DNA of 64,000 nt from a virus (Duplodnaviria; Caudoviricetes): positions 6,330 to 70,329 of IMG/VR virus record IMGVR_UViG_3300027419_000029. One strand, 5' to 3'. The position numbers and the translations under genes are program-made. Each line of letters starts with the position of its first letter. Positions within the stretch are counted from its first letter, which is position 1. The notes below the pieces were generated by a model. The model did not search any database. It saw only the letters and a list, made by a program, of their open reading frames with translations, and had not been told where the DNA came from. This document shows, piece by piece, positions 58,533 through 64,000 of the stretch.

Positions 58533-58835
58533 TTAGTTCATGCTTTTTAGTTCATTTATTGTTTGCTGCATAGCATCTAGCTTACTCATTACTTGTTCCA
58601 TAGTTACTTCGCTAGGCTGTACATAATTTTCATTTACCACGAATTGTCCATTGACATACTTATGTGCTTGGCACTTAACGTTTGATGGAATTTCAGCATC
58701 AGCAATAGTATATGTTCCGGCATAAATTGTTTTGTTATCGACTAAAATACCATTACTAACTTCTTGCATTTCTTGACCATCGGCAACAATAACATTGTCA
58801 TTATCTAATAATATTTTCATTTTCATTATCTCCAA
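58533..58835 (-). CDS. Fibre-associated small protein
   Basis: 100 aa following the fibre gene. Confidence 0.5.
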   Translation of the reverse strand: MEIMKMKILLDNDNVIVADGQEMQEVSNGILVDNKTIYAGTYTIADAEIPSNVKCQAHKYVNGQFVVNENYVQPSEVTMEQVMSKLDAMQQTINELKSMN

Positions 58836-60703
58836 TCATAGAATTTTTTGGTTTCACCTGCAGTACCGTTTTGAATGGCTAGGCCATTGGCATACTTTAA
58901 TGTTTCAATAAGTACAACTTTCGATCCGTTACCTCTATATGATAATATCAACTTATTGGTATCAACTAGTACCAAGTCATTCTCTAATGTAGTATATGGT
59001 ACCATTATCTCTGGATTTCCAGCAATAATGGTTGTGTCATTAACTAATAAAACTGATGCTGTACTACAATTTAGATTACCAGCGTTAGTGTAAGATACTA
59101 AGCACTTATTGGTTATGATTTTTTCTAAAGAAATATAATTTGTTTCTGCACTATTAAAGACAGTAGGAGTGCCAGCGGTAATAGTCGTATCGTTTATTGT
59201 TAAAACTATTGCTGTTCCATATTTTGAATCACCATTGTTTTGATATACTACTAACATCTTATTTGTATCTATCATTTTTACGGATGGATAGGTTACTGTA
59301 GCGCTTAAATAAACAAGCGGCGTACCAGCGGTAATAGTCGTATCGTTTATTGTTAAAACTACTGCTGTTCCATAATTTGAACTACCTCTGTAATATGCAA
59401 GTACTTTATTATTGCTTATTAATGCAACCTCATAGATGCGTTGAGTCTCTCCACCTACATAGGGCGTACCTGAAGAAATTGTTGTGCCACTGACCGTCAA
59501 CACGATAGCCTTAGCATAGTAAGATGCCCCAGGACCTTGATAAGTTACTAACACTTTATTTACATCTATCAATACCGATGACATTGGAGCAGAAGTAATA
59601 GATTCACTGGCAAAAACAGTAGGTGTACCAGCTGTGATTGTTGTACCACTTATAGTCAATACTCTTGCGGTACCATAGCCAGAGTTATTAGAACCTGAAT
59701 AAGCAACAAGTACCTTATTCGTATCAATTAATGTAGATGTGAGCCAGTTTAATGATGTGCTTTCAAAAACAGTAGGCGTACCAGCGGTAATAGTCGTATC
59801 GTTTATTGTTAAAACTATTGCTGTTCCATAACTTGAATTGCTTGAGTCGATGAAGGTAACCAGTATTGTATTAGCATCTATTAGCATTGCCGATATTCCA
59901 GTTATTGTACCGCTTTTATATGTTACATGGCCGCTTATAACTTTTGCAGTAGGCAATGCGATTTTAGCCTTATTTTTTATAAACTCTACCAAATCACCTG
60001 CACTTATATTTTGTCCTGAATCAAGTTCATACTCTGCAATAATTGAATTAATTTTCGCCCCACCTTTAGGGGCTAACACAAAAAAATCATTAGTCGCATC
60101 ATATATTGCTTTACAGAATCCTACTAAATCACCACTTGCTAACACGGAACCGTCTGTAGCCTTTAATTCTTTCGCCCCAGTATCAGTTGCATTCATGGTT
60201 GGAGCTGTAGTATTAGGCTCAGTTTGTTGCCATTCTATATAGTTACCATTAGCTAACGTAAATCCTGATTTATTGACAACTATTGCATTAGCAGTGCCCG
60301 TATTAGCAAGGTATTTTAATCCTGATAGATCGTCTGCAATTGATGTGGAAAGTTTAGTAGTAAATGACGCATCTGCAGTAAATACATCTGTTCCCAATGC
60401 TGACACACTTTGGATTATAGCGCCACCGCCATAATCTATTTCAAAACCTTCAGTTATTGTAACACCATTTTTTTTGATAATAGGGGCAGGGGATAGTAGC
60501 CAATTTCTTTTTCCTAAAGGTGCTTGAAATATTCTAAGTCTATCTTCGTTTGATATGAAAACTTCAGACAATAATATGCCAGTTTCAGCTGTGCCAGAAA
60601 TACCAATAGATTCTTCGATTTTTCCAACGGCTTCTTGAAGCCCAGAAATTTGAGTTGATCGCATTTCCGTTGAACCAGGGTCTTGCCAGTTTGTTTTTGG
60701 CAT
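58826..60703 (-). CDS. Tail fibre/receptor-binding protein with beta-propeller-like repeats
   Basis: About 51-aa repeats containing TAIVLTINDTTITAGTP. Confidence 0.7.
   Translation of the reverse strand: MPKTNWQDPGSTEMRSTQISGLQEAVGKIEESIGISGTAETGILLSEVFISNEDRLRIFQAPLGKRNWLLSPAPIIKKNGVTITEGFEIDYGGGAIIQSVSALGTDVFTADASFTTKLSTSIADDLSGLKYLANTGTANAIVVNKSGFTLANGNYIEWQQTEPNTTAPTMNATDTGAKELKATDGSVLASGDLVGFCKAIYDATNDFFVLAPKGGAKINSIIAEYELDSGQNISAGDLVEFIKNKAKIALPTAKVISGHVTYKSGTITGISAMLIDANTILVTFIDSSNSSYGTAIVLTINDTTITAGTPTVFESTSLNWLTSTLIDTNKVLVAYSGSNNSGYGTARVLTISGTTITAGTPTVFASESITSAPMSSVLIDVNKVLVTYQGPGASYYAKAIVLTVSGTTISSGTPYVGGETQRIYEVALISNNKVLAYYRGSSNYGTAVVLTINDTTITAGTPLVYLSATVTYPSVKMIDTNKMLVVYQNNGDSKYGTAIVLTINDTTITAGTPTVFNSAETNYISLEKIITNKCLVSYTNAGNLNCSTASVLLVNDTTIIAGNPEIMVPYTTLENDLVLVDTNKLILSYRGNGSKVVLIETLKYANGLAIQNGTAGETKKFYDWR
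59172..59830. repeat. Three near-identical 50-bp repeats in the fibre gene
   Basis: CCAGCGGTAATAGTCGTATCGTTTATTGTTAAAACTA(T/C)TGCTGTTCCATA at 59172, 59325 and 59781. Confidence 0.9.
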
Positions 60704-60718
60704 TATATTTTCACCTCC

Positions 60719-61237
60719 TTAAGCTATAGTTACTTGTAATTGAATTGCCCATGTATCAGGAGAAACCTTTGTTCCATGCGATTCAGCTTTGCGGTTTAAA
60801 TTTTTAGCTGAATTGCTACTACCATTTGCTACGGTAAATTCTTTCCAATCGTGATTACCATCACTAGGTCCAAAAGTAGATCTAAACGTAACCGTTTGTT
60901 CAGAGACTTGTGGATAGGTTGCATCCATTGCTATGTACGATTTATTTGCTCCCAGCAGTCCAGTTTGTGTATTAGATGATGCCGTGGTCCCATCTCCAAC
61001 ACCAATAAATGAGTTTGTATTATCAAAAGCTGTTTCTGTGCCACCAACTAATAGGTTAAGAAGGGCAGTAATGCCTTCTTTTAGCAAAATATTTCCCTCA
61101 ATTTCTTCAACGGCATATAGATTCATATTTCCATCGTACTTTTCAATTGTCCATTTAGGACACCATTTTGCCATTTCGCAGACTCCAATTCCTGCACTTA
61201 TAGCGATTGTGTCATTTCCAAAACCATTTTCACGCAA
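60719..61237 (-). CDS. Baseplate/fibre-attachment-like virion protein
   Basis: 172 aa; FIGVGDG...FGPSDGNHDWKEF...NLNRK. Confidence 0.55.
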   Translation of the reverse strand: MRENGFGNDTIAISAGIGVCEMAKWCPKWTIEKYDGNMNLYAVEEIEGNILLKEGITALLNLLVGGTETAFDNTNSFIGVGDGTTASSNTQTGLLGANKSYIAMDATYPQVSEQTVTFRSTFGPSDGNHDWKEFTVANGSSNSAKNLNRKAESHGTKVSPDTWAIQLQVTIA

Positions 61238-61300
61238 AATATCATCTCCTTCATAAAAATAGAAAAGCCACTCTAATAAGAATGACTTTTCAAGATATAT

Positions 61301-64000
61301 TTATTTAATTGCTAATACTGCTCGTTTCAAATCCCTAGATATTATTTCACTATCAACTTCATCTTCCATATGCATATGTTCAACATTTAGCAAATTACTG
61401 ATATTTATTTCACGCCTGTTATCTGTAGTGCTCGTACTCGAAGAACTAGTTGTTTTACCAGTGATTCCGCTTGATATTGCAATAAGGGTCTTTAAGTCAG
61501 TTGATAAATCAGAAGGGAACCATAATTCACCAGGTTTAACATAAGCCATACCATAAGATAGGGTTTCTCCACCGCCATGTAGCTTTGGTAGAGACTCAAT
61601 ATAGTCAGAGGCTTGCTGATAATTCATTTTATGTAATTGATCAGCAACGCTTGAGTTAAGTGATTCAAGTTGTCTGTAATAATTTGTAGCACGACCGGCT
61701 GCACTTAAATCACCATCTATTTGGTATTCTTTCTTTAAATCAACAATCTTTTTAGCAAGTTGATAAATTTGGGCATTTGAACTTGATAATGACTCACCAC
61801 TACCCATGTCAGTTGTAATTCCACCAACATCACCTGTAGTGCCATTCGTTAGTGCATTTTGTAATGGTGTAAGATAATTATCAACCCATTGCTGATATGC
61901 ATCTTTAGACATTGTAGCAGCTAAGGCAACGATATCAGTGCTATGCTCATCGAAAGCATCTTCAATCAATAAATAAGCAGCTTTCCATTCCTCAATTTCT
62001 TGTTTAGCAGCTTCTTCGATTGCTTTGATGTTCTCATTAGCAAAATCTTTTTCGTCTTCTAATCGTTGCTTATCTAATGCAACCTCTCGTTCATGCTCAG
62101 CCTCATCAATTTGTTTTTTTATGTCAGCAAGTTTTTGCCTTGCTTCTTCGCCAGTTCTAACACTCCAATATGCAAGTTGCTCATCAAGGTCAGACATTTT
62201 ATTATCATAATCAGTAGAATCTTCATTTCGATCTAAAAGTTTTAGCTCTTCCTCAATACCTTTGATTATAGTTTCTTGGGCTTCTTTTTTTGCTTTAGCT
62301 TCATCTTCAATCAAGGAAATTCTATCATCATAAGCATCTTTAAGTAATTGTTGTTGCTCATTCAAAGCTTCTTTATATAATCCGAACATTTGCTCATCTA
62401 AAGACCATTGTTCTTCAGTGGTCATTTTTTTGATTGAGTATAATTGACTGTACATATCAATCTGATCTTGAATACTAATCAAACCCAACTGGGCCCAATG
62501 TTGAATTAAAGCTTCTTCTCTTGCATAAGTTTCCTCAGCTTGACTAATTTTCAAAGCATTTAGCCTTTGCTCAGCATTATAAAGGCGTTCAGACATATCC
62601 ATACGTTCTTCATTAGTTTTTACGTATAACGAATTAATTCGCTTTAGTTCAACAATTTCTTTCTGAACACTATCAACTGTTTCTTCGGATATCTTTTTTT
62701 TGTGTTCTAACAATTTAAGCGATTCTTCCAAAGCCTTATTACTAGAAGAAGTTGAGGCTGATGAACTGTTTGATGAATTTGATACACCATAACTTTTATC
62801 ATTTAATAAAGTAGTCATTAACTTAGCTTCTTGTTCGAACTTTTCTATATCCTCAACAGCCTTTTCATATGCGCTTAATTCTTTATATGCTTCACTATAT
62901 AGTTCTTTTCTAATCCCTGAATCGGATGAACCCATCGTTATGCTATCAGCAAAACCTCTGGCCAATGCTTCTTTTGCCTTAGCAAGGTTTTTAACTTGTT
63001 CAATTTCAATGCCATAATTAATAAGCCTAGATTGAACTTGTTCTTTAACTGCAAGCGCATGTTTTCGTTCAGCATTTATGCTATCTTGTGCAGTTTGAAT
63101 CTTAGCACTTCTAAGATTTTCAAGAGCTGATACCTCAATTGTATACCCATCAGCCGTTTGCTTAATTAAGTCTGCACTTAACTCGTACTTATCCATTAAA
63201 TCTAATATAGTGTCAATAGAAAGGGCTTGACCATTTCTAATATCTTCTATTGCTTGATTTAACGGTTTAAGCTCTGATATAGTGCTAGATACAGTAGCGT
63301 TAAGAGAAGTTAAGGCATCCGATAAATTAAATACGCCAGATGATGCACTAGCAATAGAAGATCCATTACCAAATAATGATTCCATGGACAAATAAAATTT
63401 ATCTAATTCAGGCTTACCATTTGTAAATTTTGATACTAACTTCATTATTTCAATAGATGTTTCTTTAAGTCCAGAAGTATCGCCATTTAATTTGAATTCA
63501 TTGTATTTTTCAATAAGATCGTCAAATTCAGATGAATTTAATTCGTTTAAGAAGGTTTTTAACGCTTCTCTTTGAGTGGCTATATCTATCGTTTGTCCAC
63601 CAAGAGCATTTGCAAATTCAGTTGCAAACAATCTTGCACTATCTGATACTTTAACTCCATTTTTTTCAAATTCATTAATAGTGGTGATAGCATCATCTTT
63701 AAGCAATTGTTTTCTATTTGCTGTTAAATCAGATATGGTATTGTTAATGTCTTCAAAAGCACTTTGTATTGCGACTTTCTCATTATTAAGTTCAGTCTCA
63801 TATTGCTTTGCAGCGTTGTTATATTCATTAGCGTTATCAGGAGAAATGGTTTCTGAAATATAGTTACCACCACCAACATCTCTTTTTCGTTCAAATGCAC
63901 TACCACTTGAAAGGCTAGTCTCGAACTCGTCAATTTGTTTTTGTACCTCAAATAATCTCTTTTGAATTTCTTCTTTTCTTTTAAGAGCTTTTTCTAGATT
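61301..64000 (-). CDS. Tape measure protein (5' end outside window)
   Basis: Frame open to base 64000 (900 codons); long coiled-coil; position upstream of tail-tip genes. Confidence 0.8.
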   Translation of the reverse strand, partial: NLEKALKRKEEIQKRLFEVQKQIDEFETSLSSGSAFERKRDVGGGNYISETISPDNANEYNNAAKQYETELNNEKVAIQSAFEDINNTISDLTANRKQLLKDDAITTINEFEKNGVKVSDSARLFATEFANALGGQTIDIATQREALKTFLNELNSSEFDDLIEKYNEFKLNGDTSGLKETSIEIMKLVSKFTNGKPELDKFYLSMESLFGNGSSIASASSGVFNLSDALTSLNATVSSTISELKPLNQAIEDIRNGQALSIDTILDLMDKYELSADLIKQTADGYTIEVSALENLRSAKIQTAQDSINAERKHALAVKEQVQSRLINYGIEIEQVKNLAKAKEALARGFADSITMGSSDSGIRKELYSEAYKELSAYEKAVEDIEKFEQEAKLMTTLLNDKSYGVSNSSNSSSASTSSSNKALEESLKLLEHKKKISEETVDSVQKEIVELKRINSLYVKTNEERMDMSERLYNAEQRLNALKISQAEETYAREEALIQHWAQLGLISIQDQIDMYSQLYSIKKMTTEEQWSLDEQMFGLYKEALNEQQQLLKDAYDDRISLIEDEAKAKKEAQETIIKGIEEELKLLDRNEDSTDYDNKMSDLDEQLAYWSVRTGEEARQKLADIKKQIDEAEHEREVALDKQRLEDEKDFANENIKAIEEAAKQEIEEWKAAYLLIEDAFDEHSTDIVALAATMSKDAYQQWVDNYLTPLQNALTNGTTGDVGGITTDMGSGESLSSSNAQIYQLAKKIVDLKKEYQIDGDLSAAGRATNYYRQLESLNSSVADQLHKMNYQQASDYIESLPKLHGGGETLSYGMAYVKPGELWFPSDLSTDLKTLIAISSGITGKTTSSSSTSTTDNRREINISNLLNVEHMHMEDEVDSEIISRDLKRAVLAIK

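Noticed and set aside
59172-59830. DGR template/variable repeats
   Set aside because: No reverse transcriptase in the window; all repeats are in-frame within one gene and lack adenine-specific variation
616-63951. Numerous antisense or overlapping ORFs in the six-frame track (e.g. 616-819, 1452-1697, 16779-17075, 30882-31505, 63576-63863)
   Set aside because: Shadow frames of well-supported genes, without RBS or recognisable motifs
1-64000. Alternative genetic code or stop-codon reassignment
   Set aside because: Core genes are full length in the standard bacterial code; the one core-gene break seen (int) is a frameshift, not an in-frame stop

Overview
AT-rich, apparently circularly permuted (excised/attP-form) genome of a temperate siphovirus-like phage of a spore-forming Firmicute, most likely Clostridia. 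No host genes are seen. Left (minus strand, 1-19.6 kb): late operon with a RepL-like gene, nuclease, lysis cassette, two tRNA-type elements, terminase, an unusual glycosyltransferase/methyltransferase/fibre cassette, portal, protease and capsid. 19.7-24.3 kb: iteron/palindrome-rich non-coding region and a plus-strand accessory island (RadC, short tyrosine recombinase, HTH genes, an SOS-box gene). 24.3-26.5 kb: attP carrying the 3' half of tRNA-Leu(AAG), a frameshifted integrase and a CI/Cro switch. 26.5-55 kb (plus): early genes for recombination (Bet, ATPase, MBL nuclease), replication, a candidate DNA-modification cluster (radical SAM, two PAPS-reductase-like, two MTases), YyaC and SSB. 55.7-64 kb (minus): tail module (Tal, Dit, propeller fibre, partial tape measure). 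The most novel-looking signals are the virion glycan/fibre cassette between terL and portal, two non-canonical 6/6-stem tRNA-like RNAs, a plasmid-like iteron replicon alongside a broken integrase, and an operator shared between the lytic promoter and attP. All family calls come from motif recognition by eye; no database searches were run.
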